Shown: positions 1-8,954 of the stretch, piece by piece
Numbering within the stretch: the stretch's first letter is position 1
Layout of the letters: every line of letters begins with the position of its first letter
Source: an uncultured Nitrososphaerota archaeon
GTDB lineage: Archaea; Korarchaeota; Korarchaeia; Korarchaeales; Korarchaeaceae
NCBI GenBank assembly: GCA_964480775.1
Contig: CAYZRF010000001.1
Span: forward strand, 113,462-145,461
Direction: 5' to 3'
Length of the DNA: 32,000 nucleotides
Notes under the pieces: generated by a model
The model's database searches: none
What the model saw: the letters and a program-made list of their open reading frames with translations, nothing else
Told to the model about the DNA's origin: nothing
Program-made: the position numbers and the translations under genes

Positions 1-376
1 AGGTACCTTCATTTCTCATAGCTCCTTTTGGTACGACCAAATCTCCAGGCTTAACCTCTGGTTGTATGCCTGCGGAGGTTCCCACCCTTATGAACACCTT
101 AGCTCCAACATTTGCAAGTTCTTCGACAGCTATGGCAGCTGAAGGACACCCAATCCCTGTAGAAGTAGCAGAAACTAAAACTCCCTTATATTCCCCCGTA
201 TAAGTTAAGAACTCCCTGTTTCTTGCGACCTCCCTTGCGTTATCTAAGAATTCGGCTATCTTAATCACCCTACCCGGATCACCTGGAAGTAGAACGTACT
301 TTGCTACGTCTCCGGGTTTCACCTTGAGGTGGTATTGTAGCTTCCCCTTAGAAACCTCTCTTTTATCGACTGACAC
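1..376 (-). CDS. udp: uridine phosphorylase / PNP-UDP family nucleoside phosphorylase (N-terminal part; gene runs off the left edge)
   Basis: My own minus-strand translation from GTG at 376 gives [125 protein letters not shown]. This parallels the Udp/PNP N-terminal half as I recall it (PGDPxRV ... REF ... STGIGxPS.AIAVEEL ... R.GT.GAIQ). An in-frame TGA just upstream leaves GTG as the first possible start. Confidence 0.8.
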   Translation of the reverse strand, partial: MSVDKREVSKGKLQYHLKVKPGDVAKYVLLPGDPGRVIKIAEFLDNAREVARNREFLTYTGEYKGVLVSATSTGIGCPSAAIAVEELANVGAKVFIRVGTSAGIQPEVKPGDLVVPKGAMRNEGT

Positions 377-554
377 AAAATCACCATCGTTATCTAGAGC
401 TCATTACCCTTAAAATTAACAACCAAAAGGATAGACAGCATCGATATACCTAAGCAAAAAGAAAGCTGCCCTTTCACCTCATCTTGAAGAATGGTGAAGT
501 TACTTCAAAGAAAAATCATTTAAAATATGGTGTAAGGTTTACCTTTGCATCTAA

Positions 555-1451
555 ATGAATGAGAAGACTGACAAGACTTTGAAAGCTTCTAAGCTTGTTT
601 TCATGGTAGTTATAGGATCTTTATTCGTCACATTCTTGGCACTATCTTACTTGATTGGCTTTTTCCTTCTTATATTGGCGTTAGCGCCAGGCTTTTTCCT
701 GATGCTATATTTCTACACTAGAGACAAGTATGAGCCTGAGCCTAGAAGTCTTATAATTAAGATATTCATTTTAGGAATTCTAATCTCAATTCCAGCAGCA
801 ATCCTAGAGTTAATCATAGTATCTGAAGATGAAAGCCTCTTCAGATTAATCCTAGATTACTTCATAGGAATAGCTCTTGTAGAAGAACTCTTCAAATTCT
901 CAGTCTTTTATTTAGGAGCCTATAGAAAATCGGAGTTTGACGAACCAATGGATGGAATAGTTTACTCAGTAGCAGCAGCCTTAGGATTCGCGACCATCGA
1001 AAATGTGCTTTATGTTGCAATGGGTGGAATTGTTGTTGCCTTATTGCGAGCAGTCTTGTCGGTACCTGGTCATGCCCTCTTTGGCGCAAGCATGGGATAC
1101 TACTCGGGGCTTGCCAAATTCAATCAAAACAAAGAGAACAGACTCCTCGCTAAAGGAATTCTGCTAGCAACTATATATCACGGACTATATGATTTATGCG
1201 TCACGATAGAACCCTTTCTCTTATTTTTGGTGGTAATTCCTATGATGATTTGGCTAGTTATTAGCGTCAGAAGAAGCATTATAGTCGCTTTAGAGCTTTC
1301 ACCACACAAACCCATAAGCCAGACTAGAGTTGAACGATTACTAGCAAAGTTGGAGGAATCTTACAGAGAAGGAAGGATTAGTAAGGAGACCTACGAAGAA
1401 CTAAAAAGAAAATTAAATCTAAGGTTGGCTACAAATGACTTATTAGGATAA
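555..1451 (+). CDS. PrsW-family intramembrane metalloprotease with C-terminal SHOCT-like tail
   Basis: Polytopic membrane protein with the PrsW/CAAX-type motifs VEELFKF (EExxK), PGHALFGASMGY and IYHGLYD. The soluble C-terminus LAKLEESYREGRISKETYEELKRKL matches the SHOCT short C-terminal domain pattern. Confidence 0.7.
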   Translation: MNEKTDKTLKASKLVFMVVIGSLFVTFLALSYLIGFFLLILALAPGFFLMLYFYTRDKYEPEPRSLIIKIFILGILISIPAAILELIIVSEDESLFRLILDYFIGIALVEELFKFSVFYLGAYRKSEFDEPMDGIVYSVAAALGFATIENVLYVAMGGIVVALLRAVLSVPGHALFGASMGYYSGLAKFNQNKENRLLAKGILLATIYHGLYDLCVTIEPFLLFLVVIPMMIWLVISVRRSIIVALELSPHKPISQTRVERLLAKLEESYREGRISKETYEELKRKLNLRLATNDLLG

Positions 1452-1466
1452 GCTATTCTCAAACAC

Positions 1467-2336
1467 TCAAAACTTTTTTGGCGTATATTCCTTCAAGGTA
1501 TATCTTAACAAGCTTCTAACTAAAAGATCTATTATAAAATCAGTGTTTGAGAAAGTATTATCTCCTAAAAGAAACATTCCACCTAGACCAACTTCAAATA
1601 GTCTTTCTCTAAGATCCTTAGGTATATGAGCCATTCCAACATCGAGCTTATTCAAAATTTTCTCCTTGTATCTAGTTTCTTTCAATAAGGGGGCTGCACA
1701 CCCAATCAGCTTCAAGTAGGAAAGTGCATATAGAGTCATTCCATTTCTAGAGTCTTTCACCAAATCATAAGTCTCTAAATCTTCTTTCGTTGGCTCAAGG
1801 AGGTATGATACGTATGCTACCTGATCCTCCAAGAATCCTTTGTTCACGAATAACCTCGTGACTTCATAATCCTTGACTGCTATGGAAGTTAGGTACAGGA
1901 TATTGTACAAGAACTCGCTATTTAGACCAAGTTCGATCCCTAGAGAGAGGAGAGACGAAGGAATGCGGAATTTGTAATACTTAGGAGAGCCATGTAGCAC
2001 CGAGTGACCAACTTCATGTCTTATGCAACCATCCCTGACAAGAGGTTGAACCTTTCTTAGAGAGTCCATCCTAAGGATAATCCTAGGTCTTCCTCTCCAA
2101 GCATCATGGGTAGCGATAAAACGGTTGCCAAATTCGGCAGATGCTATTTCTAAAGTAGCCCGCTCTTTTTTCATGAAATTCATGGCCGAATCAGAATCAG
2201 CGAATAGGTAGAGATCAAGCTCAAGCCCTTCCTTCTTCCCTATCTTTTTGTAACACCTTTCAATAAGGTTGATAATGTACTCAATTTCAGCATCATCAAT
2301 TGAACCAAACTTTCTGAGCTTAATGGTAACTTTCAT
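1467..2336 (-). CDS. hypothetical protein with HExxH zinc-metallopeptidase motif
   Basis: 289-aa ORF containing CIRHEVGHSVLHG (HEVGH). I recognise no other family signature. It is convergent with the PrsW gene, with a 15-nt gap. Confidence 0.5.
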   Translation of the reverse strand: MKVTIKLRKFGSIDDAEIEYIINLIERCYKKIGKKEGLELDLYLFADSDSAMNFMKKERATLEIASAEFGNRFIATHDAWRGRPRIILRMDSLRKVQPLVRDGCIRHEVGHSVLHGSPKYYKFRIPSSLLSLGIELGLNSEFLYNILYLTSIAVKDYEVTRLFVNKGFLEDQVAYVSYLLEPTKEDLETYDLVKDSRNGMTLYALSYLKLIGCAAPLLKETRYKEKILNKLDVGMAHIPKDLRERLFEVGLGGMFLLGDNTFSNTDFIIDLLVRSLLRYTLKEYTPKKF

Positions 2337-2432
2337 TCCTGATCCCTGAAGTTATGAGATTACTAAAAGATGACAAATGGCATAAATAACCTTTGAACAG
2401 TCCTTTGTAAAGAAGAATTTTAAGTCTGGCCA

Positions 2433-2440
2433 TTTTTATG
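2433..2440 (+). promoter_or_regulatory. candidate TATA-like box for hyuAB
   Basis: TTTTTATG lies about 40 nt upstream of the hyuA ATG (2481). A GAGAGG Shine-Dalgarno-like element lies just before the start. Confidence 0.25.
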
Positions 2441-2480
2441 CATCTGCCCGAAGTCATTTCACAATTAGAGAGGTATAGAA

Positions 2481-4565
2481 ATGGGCAAAAACATCATATG
2501 CGTGGACATAGGTGGTACGTTTACAGACGTCATAGCCTTAGATGTAGAGACAGGAGAGGTAGTGAGAGAGAAAGTTCTATCAACGCCTAAAGAACCAGAA
2601 ATCGCGATGTTAAGTGCAGTTTCTAATGTTTTTGAGAGAATAAAGTACAAAGAGGTTGAATTCATAGTACATGCAAGTACAATAGCCACAAATGCAATCT
2701 TAGGTCAAATAGGGCTTGAACTTCCAAAATGTGCGATGTTGACTACGAAGGGCTTTAGAGACATCATTGTGATAGGTAGACAGCAGAGACCAGAACTTTA
2801 CAACATCTTCTTTCAAAAACCAAGGGAACTCATTCAACGCAAGTACAGGTTTGAAATAGAGGAAAGGACTGGGCCCGATGGCAGCGAAATAATGCCTTTA
2901 AATCAGGAAGATGTCAAAAGGGCTATATCTAAGATAAAAGAAGAAGATATAAAGGCAGTAGCTATTTGCTTCCTCAACTCTTATGCGAATCCAACGCACG
3001 AGATGAAAGCAAAAAACCTCGTAGAAAAGGAGTGTAAAGTATTTACAGTGGCTTCAAGCGAGATCTGCCCAGAGTATAGAGAATACGAGAGGTTCAGCAC
3101 AGCAGTTGTAAACGCAGTTCTTATGCCCATCGTCTCCTCATACTTAGGACGCCTCAGACAAGGACTTGAGGAAATGGGTTTGAACTGTCCTCTCTTGATG
3201 ATGAAATCAAGCGGTGGTCTTATCTCTAGCCAAAGAGCTGTGAGGATGCCTGCAGCGATAATAGAGTCTGGTCCCGCCGCAGGAGTCATTGCAGCAACGT
3301 TCTATGCAGAGTTGATTGGTTTAGAAAACATCCTGAGCTTTGACATGGGAGGAACTACAGCTAAAGCTGGCACCATAGTGGACAGAACCCCCGAGGTCAC
3401 TAGGGAATACGAGGTGGGGGGCAGAACTCATAAGGGAAGGTTGGTCAAGGGAAGTGGTTACCCGGTTAGGTTTCCATTCATAGATCTTGCAGAGTGCAGT
3501 GCTGGAGGAGGCACCATTGCATGGGTGGATGAAGGAGGCTTTCTGAGAGTTGGTCCCGTAAGTGCTGGATCGGATCCCGGACCTGCTTGTTATGGAAAAG
3601 GAGGCAGCGATCCCACTGTAACAGATGCAAACGTGATTCTTGGAAGGTTAAATCCAAAATATCTTCTTGGAAGGGCATTGAAAATCCATAAAGAGCTGGC
3701 TGAAAAGGCAATAAGGGAGAAGATATGTGATTCTTTAGAATTAGATATAGTGGAGGCAGCAAACGGAGTAATTGAAATTGTGAACTCTGAGATGAGCAGA
3801 ATTTTGCGCATAATGTCAGTTGAGAGGGGACTTGATCCAAGAGAATTTGCTCTCATGGCCTTTGGAGGAGCTGGACCAATGCACGCTTGTTGGCTTGCTG
3901 AAGAGTTGTCCATAAATCTCATAATTATACCCCTAGATCCAGGACTCTTCTCTGCATGGGGCTTGATGTCTGCAGATGTAACGCATGAAGTTTCCAAACC
4001 CTTGATGACGACGTCAATTGATCATGAAAGGCTTGAAGATCTCTTTGAAAGTCTAGAAAAAGAGGCAAGAGAGGTTCTTTTGGAACAAGGAATCAAAGAA
4101 GGAAAAATATTCCTCTTCAGAGAGCTGGATGTGAGGTATTTAGGACAGTCTTACGAGTTACAAGTTTCAGTTCCTTCTGAACTAAACGAAAACTCTCTGA
4201 ACAAGGTAATAGAGTCCTTCCATGAGAAACACAGAAGGATGTATGGTTATTACATGCGCGATGAAGAGGTTGAGTTTGTAAATGCAAGAATAAAAGCAAT
4301 TGGAAGGATCATAAGGCCAAATATCCCGAAACAACCACTTCAAGGCGCTGTTCCAGATGAAAATTCAATATTGGGCTTTAGAGAGGTGTATTTTGGCAGA
4401 GAAGAAGAGTTCCACAAGACTCCAATCTACATTAGAGAAAGGCTTAAACCAGGAAACATGATTGAAGGTCCGGCCATAATCGAGCAATACGATACGACAA
4501 CAGTGATTCCTCCCGGATGGAGTGCAAAGGTTGATGAGTTTGGTTCCTTGAGGGTGGTGCGTTAA
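2481..4565 (+). CDS. hyuA: hydantoinase/oxoprolinase family, subunit A (HyuA-type; N-methylhydantoinase A / 5-oxoprolinase / acetone-carboxylase-beta-like)
   Basis: 694 aa. The N-terminal ICVDIGGTFTDV and the later FDMGGTTAK ASKHA-fold ATP-binding motifs are typical of Hydantoinase_A. The stop TAA (4563-4565) abuts the ATG of the B subunit. Confidence 0.9.
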   Translation: MGKNIICVDIGGTFTDVIALDVETGEVVREKVLSTPKEPEIAMLSAVSNVFERIKYKEVEFIVHASTIATNAILGQIGLELPKCAMLTTKGFRDIIVIGRQQRPELYNIFFQKPRELIQRKYRFEIEERTGPDGSEIMPLNQEDVKRAISKIKEEDIKAVAICFLNSYANPTHEMKAKNLVEKECKVFTVASSEICPEYREYERFSTAVVNAVLMPIVSSYLGRLRQGLEEMGLNCPLLMMKSSGGLISSQRAVRMPAAIIESGPAAGVIAATFYAELIGLENILSFDMGGTTAKAGTIVDRTPEVTREYEVGGRTHKGRLVKGSGYPVRFPFIDLAECSAGGGTIAWVDEGGFLRVGPVSAGSDPGPACYGKGGSDPTVTDANVILGRLNPKYLLGRALKIHKELAEKAIREKICDSLELDIVEAANGVIEIVNSEMSRILRIMSVERGLDPREFALMAFGGAGPMHACWLAEELSINLIIIPLDPGLFSAWGLMSADVTHEVSKPLMTTSIDHERLEDLFESLEKEAREVLLEQGIKEGKIFLFRELDVRYLGQSYELQVSVPSELNENSLNKVIESFHEKHRRMYGYYMRDEEVEFVNARIKAIGRIIRPNIPKQPLQGAVPDENSILGFREVYFGREEEFHKTPIYIRERLKPGNMIEGPAIIEQYDTTTVIPPGWSAKVDEFGSLRVVR

Positions 4566-6224
4566 ATGGATCCTGTAACTGTTGAGGTCATAAGAGGAGG
4601 GCTCGTTTATGCTGCCGAGGAAATGGGAATAGTTCTGAGGAAGACAGCTTACTCTCACAACATAAAGGAGAGAATGGACCATTCTTGTGCGATATTTGAC
4701 AGCAAAGGGAGGTTGATTGCTCAGGCTGAACACATACCTGTTCATCTGGGTTCGATGTCAATCGCCTTGAAGAACTGCCTTAAGGAGATCGATTTCACTC
4801 TTGAGGAGGGAGACATGGTGGTCTTCAATGATCCTTACCTGAGCGGAACGCACCTCCCAGACATAACACTGGTAGCACCGGTATACGAGGGGAAGGAGCT
4901 GCTTGGTTATGTTGTAAACAAAGCTCATCACTCTGATGTAGGGGGAAAGGCTCCTGGTAGCCTTCCAGGAGATGCTAGCGAGATATATCAAGAAGGGCTG
5001 ATAATCCCTCCAGTAAGGCTTGTAAGAAAAGGAGACATAGCTAAGGACGTCCTAAAGCTGATATTGTCAAATGTGAGGACTCAGAAGATAAGGATGGGAG
5101 ATCTTAAAGCGCAAGTAGCTGCAAATCTGCTGGGAATAAGGAGATTAAGAGAGATCGCACAGAAGTTCGGAATAGGTGTGGTTAACGAGGCTATCGACGA
5201 CATACTTGATTACTCGGAGAGGAGAATCAGGAAAAAGATATCAGAGATAAAAGAAGGATCTTATGAGGCAGAGGACTATCTGGAAAGCACTGGAACGGAG
5301 GATAAACCCGTAAGGCTGAAAGTAAGGGTTCAAGTGAAAGGAGATGAGATCTCTTTTGACTACTCTGGTACCGATCCTCAAGTAAATGGACCGGTGAATG
5401 CTGTTCTTGGAGTAACTTTGGCTGGAATTTATTACGTCTTAATGTGCATTACGGATCCAACAATTCCCATGAATGAGGGCTGTTTTAGACCTGTTTCTGT
5501 GAACGTGCCAAAGGGATGCGTGCTGAATCCAGTAAGACCAGCCCCCGTAGGAGGAGGAAACGTTGAAACGTCTCAGAGGAATGTAGATGTGCTCTTTAAA
5601 GCTCTTTCAAAAGCCATTCCCCAAAAAGTTTGTGCAGCTGGCCAAGGCACGATGAACAATGTTTGTGTTGGTGGAATAGATGCCTCAGGGAAACAGTGGG
5701 TCTTCTATGAGACAATAGGTGGGGGGTATGGAGGGAGGCAGGGGCTTGACGGAGTTGACGGAGTTCAGGTCCACATGACAAACACAATGAACACTCCGAT
5801 TGAGGCAATAGAAGCATCTTATCCCATTCTATTCTTGAGATATGAGCTTAGAAAGGATAGTTGTGGGGCTGGAAAGTGGAGAGGAGGCTGTGGTATAGTC
5901 AGAAGCTGGAAACTTCTGGGAAAGCATGCTTCGCTCTCCATAATGGCAGAAAGACATAAGATAGCACCATGGGGTCTCTTTGGTGGAAATCCTGGGATGA
6001 CAGGCGAAGCTCTGATAATTAAACCAGATGGAAGTAAGATGAAATTACCCTCAAAGTGCACCGTAACGCTGAAAAAAGGCGACGTCTTCATAATTTTTAC
6101 TCCTGGCGGTGGGGGGTATGGAAAACCACAAGAGAGAAGCCAAGAAGCGATATTGAAGGACTTTGAGAATGAGTTACTTTCAAAGGAAAAAATTATTGAA
6201 GATTACGGTTTTGAGCCTTCTTAA
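4566..6224 (+). CDS. hyuB: hydantoinase/oxoprolinase family, subunit B (HyuB-type)
   Basis: 552 aa starting MDPVTVEVIRGGLVYAAEEMG...RMDHSCAIFD..G.LIAQAEHIPVHLGSM, ending ..PGGGGYG.P. This is the typical Hydantoinase_B layout, directly coupled to hyuA. Confidence 0.9.
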   Translation: MDPVTVEVIRGGLVYAAEEMGIVLRKTAYSHNIKERMDHSCAIFDSKGRLIAQAEHIPVHLGSMSIALKNCLKEIDFTLEEGDMVVFNDPYLSGTHLPDITLVAPVYEGKELLGYVVNKAHHSDVGGKAPGSLPGDASEIYQEGLIIPPVRLVRKGDIAKDVLKLILSNVRTQKIRMGDLKAQVAANLLGIRRLREIAQKFGIGVVNEAIDDILDYSERRIRKKISEIKEGSYEAEDYLESTGTEDKPVRLKVRVQVKGDEISFDYSGTDPQVNGPVNAVLGVTLAGIYYVLMCITDPTIPMNEGCFRPVSVNVPKGCVLNPVRPAPVGGGNVETSQRNVDVLFKALSKAIPQKVCAAGQGTMNNVCVGGIDASGKQWVFYETIGGGYGGRQGLDGVDGVQVHMTNTMNTPIEAIEASYPILFLRYELRKDSCGAGKWRGGCGIVRSWKLLGKHASLSIMAERHKIAPWGLFGGNPGMTGEALIIKPDGSKMKLPSKCTVTLKKGDVFIIFTPGGGGYGKPQERSQEAILKDFENELLSKEKIIEDYGFEPS

Positions 6225-6292
6225 AGATTATTAAGAAGAATTAGATTGCGAGCTATCCATCTTAAAATGATTTATTTTAGAAGGGGGAGTTT

Positions 6293-6721
6293 ATGAAGAT
6301 AAGAAGACTTGTTCCAGACGACTATGAAAAGATTATTGAGCTATGGAAAGTGGCAGGACTACCCTATAAACCAAAGGGGAGAGATAGTAAGGAATCTATT
6401 GAAAAACAAATGAAAGAAAATCCAGAATTCTTCATCGGGGTATTTGTTGGGGATAAACTCGTAGGAACGGTTGTAGCTTCCTTTGACGGAAGAAAGGGAT
6501 GGATTAATAGACTAGCAGTTCACCCAAAGTACAGAAGAAGAGGAATAGGAGAACTTTTGATTAAGAAGGCAGAAGCCGTTCTTAAAGAAAAAGGAGCATG
6601 GATAATTTCTGCCCTCGTCGAAAAGGAGAACGAACCTTCCTTGAATTTATTCAGAAAGTGCGGTTACAAAATATCTAATGATGTAATCTATGTGAGCAAG
6701 AGAGATAGCGATCTTGTTTGA
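6293..6721 (+). CDS. GNAT-family N-acetyltransferase
   Basis: 142 aa with the acetyl-CoA binding motif LAVHPKYRRRGIGELLI (R/Q-x-x-G-x-G). A GGGGGA ribosome-binding site precedes the ATG. Confidence 0.85.
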   Translation: MKIRRLVPDDYEKIIELWKVAGLPYKPKGRDSKESIEKQMKENPEFFIGVFVGDKLVGTVVASFDGRKGWINRLAVHPKYRRRGIGELLIKKAEAVLKEKGAWIISALVEKENEPSLNLFRKCGYKISNDVIYVSKRDSDLV

Positions 6722-6750
6722 AGAGCTGTATAAGTTCTTCTGTCGTAGAG

Positions 6751-7155
6751 CTAACTAATGGATGATTTTCGACTTAACATGGATCTTACGGCCAGACCTG
6801 TTATAATTAAGGTGACTCCTGTAAAAATTAAGAAGGCTCTAATAGCAATAAGGACATAGGAGAGCGCACCTATTTTTATCCCAATCTTTTTCTTACCAAT
6901 AATGTCCGAAAGCCTTAATGTAACTTTGGATCCTCCAATCTCAACTGGCACTGTGACTTTACCCACAAGAGGATTATCTATCGATATATTAAATGAATAG
7001 GATGCGATTGGGACATCTATTTCTTCTGGAAGGAGATTTGAAACATCTATTTCAAAACTATCCGTTGAAGGAAGGAATATAGAACTCAAAATAAGCAAAC
7101 AGCCCAGAACAATGACCATAAACGGAAGAGCCCTTTCAGCCCAGAACAGTCTCAT
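6751..7155 (-). CDS. hypothetical small membrane protein (N-terminal and C-terminal TM segments)
   Basis: 134-aa ORF with hydrophobic segments at both ends. No recognisable family. Confidence 0.45.
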   Translation of the reverse strand: MRLFWAERALPFMVIVLGCLLILSSIFLPSTDSFEIDVSNLLPEEIDVPIASYSFNISIDNPLVGKVTVPVEIGGSKVTLRLSDIIGKKKIGIKIGALSYVLIAIRAFLIFTGVTLIITGLAVRSMLSRKSSIS

Positions 7156-7233
7156 ATGTGATTAACCACAATTTAAGCTAAAGATTTTTCCTAACATCTA
7201 AAGTTTTAAGGTCGTTCTGTCCTCTAAAATGGA

Positions 7234-7653
7234 ATGGGTATAGAGTTAATCGACCTACCCGTAGAAAGAAGAAGAGGTATAGGCTTCTGGATTTGCTTAC
7301 CCGCAGCTCTTATTGTGATAACTACTGGAATTTTTACAATGATTAGAAATGATGTGCATACACAACTTAAAATTAAGTTTGTGCCAGGATATCAGATTGG
7401 TCTGCTGGAATCTGGCCTTATAATACTTGGATTTCAGGCAGTTATGTACGGTGTTATGATACTTTTTGGAGCTTGGCTTATTAAGAATAAATATCCTGAA
7501 TTCGGAGGTATACTTTCTATAATGGCTTCCTTCTTGAACCTCTTTAATTACATGGTAACTTCTTCTTTAGGACTTGGTAGGAGTTATCTGTTCATGTTAG
7601 GCACTCTTACTGGAATGACAGGCGGCATTGTATCATTAACTTTGAAAAGGTAA
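7234..7653 (+). CDS. hypothetical polytopic membrane protein
   Basis: 139-aa ORF with about 4 hydrophobic spans. No recognisable family. Confidence 0.5.
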   Translation: MGIELIDLPVERRRGIGFWICLPAALIVITTGIFTMIRNDVHTQLKIKFVPGYQIGLLESGLIILGFQAVMYGVMILFGAWLIKNKYPEFGGILSIMASFLNLFNYMVTSSLGLGRSYLFMLGTLTGMTGGIVSLTLKR

Positions 7654-7667
7654 ATGACCCTACGCTT

Positions 7668-8063
7668 TCAAAGCTTACCCTTTCCTGCTAAAACGATCAT
7701 GTACCTAGGATAGCTCATGTTCCTCGGAAGAGGAACTTCTGCACTCAATATCATGCTCGCTAGCTCCCTAAATTTCTGCTTAAATTCTCTGTATTCATTT
7801 CTTTCGATAACTTCTCTTCCTTTTTCGGTAAGGTGGAACCTCCTTTCCCCGTTTGTCTTTACAACCTCCTGGAATATCAATCTATAAAGAGTACTTCTAC
7901 TGGCATATCTCCCCAGCTTCTTAATTCCACCATACTTCTCATTAGCTTCTATTAGCATGAGAACAGCGAACTCTTCGTTCTCATATATCAGCTCCATCAG
8001 TTTCCTCAGCAGCTCATTTTGAGAATAGGGAAGTATAATGGGCTTAACCTCCTTGTGTTCCAT
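7668..8063 (-). CDS. hypothetical protein, probable winged-helix DNA-binding (PadR/MarR-like pattern)
   Basis: 131 aa. The segment RSTLYRLIFQEVVKTNGERRFHLTEKGREVIE resembles the recognition helix plus wing of PadR/MarR-type wHTH proteins. This is an assignment by eye only. Confidence 0.4.
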   Translation of the reverse strand: MEHKEVKPIILPYSQNELLRKLMELIYENEEFAVLMLIEANEKYGGIKKLGRYASRSTLYRLIFQEVVKTNGERRFHLTEKGREVIERNEYREFKQKFRELASMILSAEVPLPRNMSYPRYMIVLAGKGKL

Positions 8064-8207
8064 AGCCTAATAAAATAGGTTTTAGAAATCAATTTTAATT
8101 TTTTGTGGGAGACAACAACTTCGATCGGCGGTGTAAAGACCCAGTTTAGAATGTGTGATGGATGAACCTAAGAAATCCTTATTTAGTTTCGTAGTTGATC
8201 CACATAT

Positions 8208-8576
8208 ATGGCATCTCTGAGCCCTCTTATCGTGATAAAACAAGGAAACGACTTGTATGAAGCAATTATGGAACTATTGATTATGTATACCACTGACGAA
8301 GCTTTAGTCTTGGAATTTGAAGGTGAAAAGGCCCTTTTCGTATTTGGAACAGAGCGGTTTGTGTTCATAGTTGGTAAAGAAGTTGAAATTTACAGTCTAT
8401 CAGATTTAGCCAAAATGTTTGTAAAGGAGGGAATAAAACCAGATATAGCAACAACAGAACCATTCTGGTATCCATCCAGATACTTAGATCAATGGTTGAG
8501 GATTCTAAAACAGCTCGGTCATGATATGACCAAATTAAAACCCATTCCTTATGATTTAGAACAAACGGAGGGCTAA
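8208..8576 (+). CDS. hypothetical protein
   Basis: 122-aa ORF, divergent from the wHTH gene. No recognisable motifs. Confidence 0.4.
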   Translation: MASLSPLIVIKQGNDLYEAIMELLIMYTTDEALVLEFEGEKALFVFGTERFVFIVGKEVEIYSLSDLAKMFVKEGIKPDIATTEPFWYPSRYLDQWLRILKQLGHDMTKLKPIPYDLEQTEG

Positions 8577-8954
8577 TAAGCCATCATATCTGGTTGGCTA
8601 TTGAACTTGCGGGAAGATAATCTCCCTCTTATCTTTGTGTTTTGAATTCGACTATTTGCCCTAGTTATGGATGAGATTACTGACCTTAGTCAGGCTTTGT
8701 TGTGCCAAAGAGCCCCTCGATAATAAATAACCTCACGTATCTTTAGCCTTTGCGAATTGGCAAGATAATGCTTCCTAAAGAAAGTAAATACTCAACAAAG
8801 GGAATAATTTATTGTTACATCTATCGCAAGACGAAAAGGCACAAAAACCATTTACTTGCAATACTTGACTGAAAGATATGATGTGATTGAGAACCAATGG
8901 GAGCCCAAAAACAATTATGTTAAAAAACGAATTCTGGTGATTCCATCCTCAACA

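Noticed and set aside
2465-6091. Ten antisense or out-of-frame ORFs of 60-135 aa inside hyuA/hyuB (e.g. 2981-3289, 3478-3840, 3590-3997, 4365-4745, 5819-6091).
   Set aside because: All are embedded in two genes with strong family signatures. Their products are low-complexity or Ser/Leu/Pro-rich, with no motifs or RBS. They are shadow ORFs.
8640-8720. C/D-box sRNA-like words (GGATGAG ... CTGA) in the gap upstream of the MFS gene. Similar weak hits occur at about 8140-8170 and 23440-23480.
   Set aside because: The C box is imperfect. There is no matching C'/D' pair at the right spacing and no terminal stem, so this does not meet minimal C/D criteria.
8856-8954. ORF-track N-terminal extensions using TTG/GTG as Met (8856 MFS, 10978 MscS, 18700, 22284, 30601).
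   Set aside because: In each case a nearby in-frame ATG, with a better RBS or a family-typical N-terminus, is a more plausible start.
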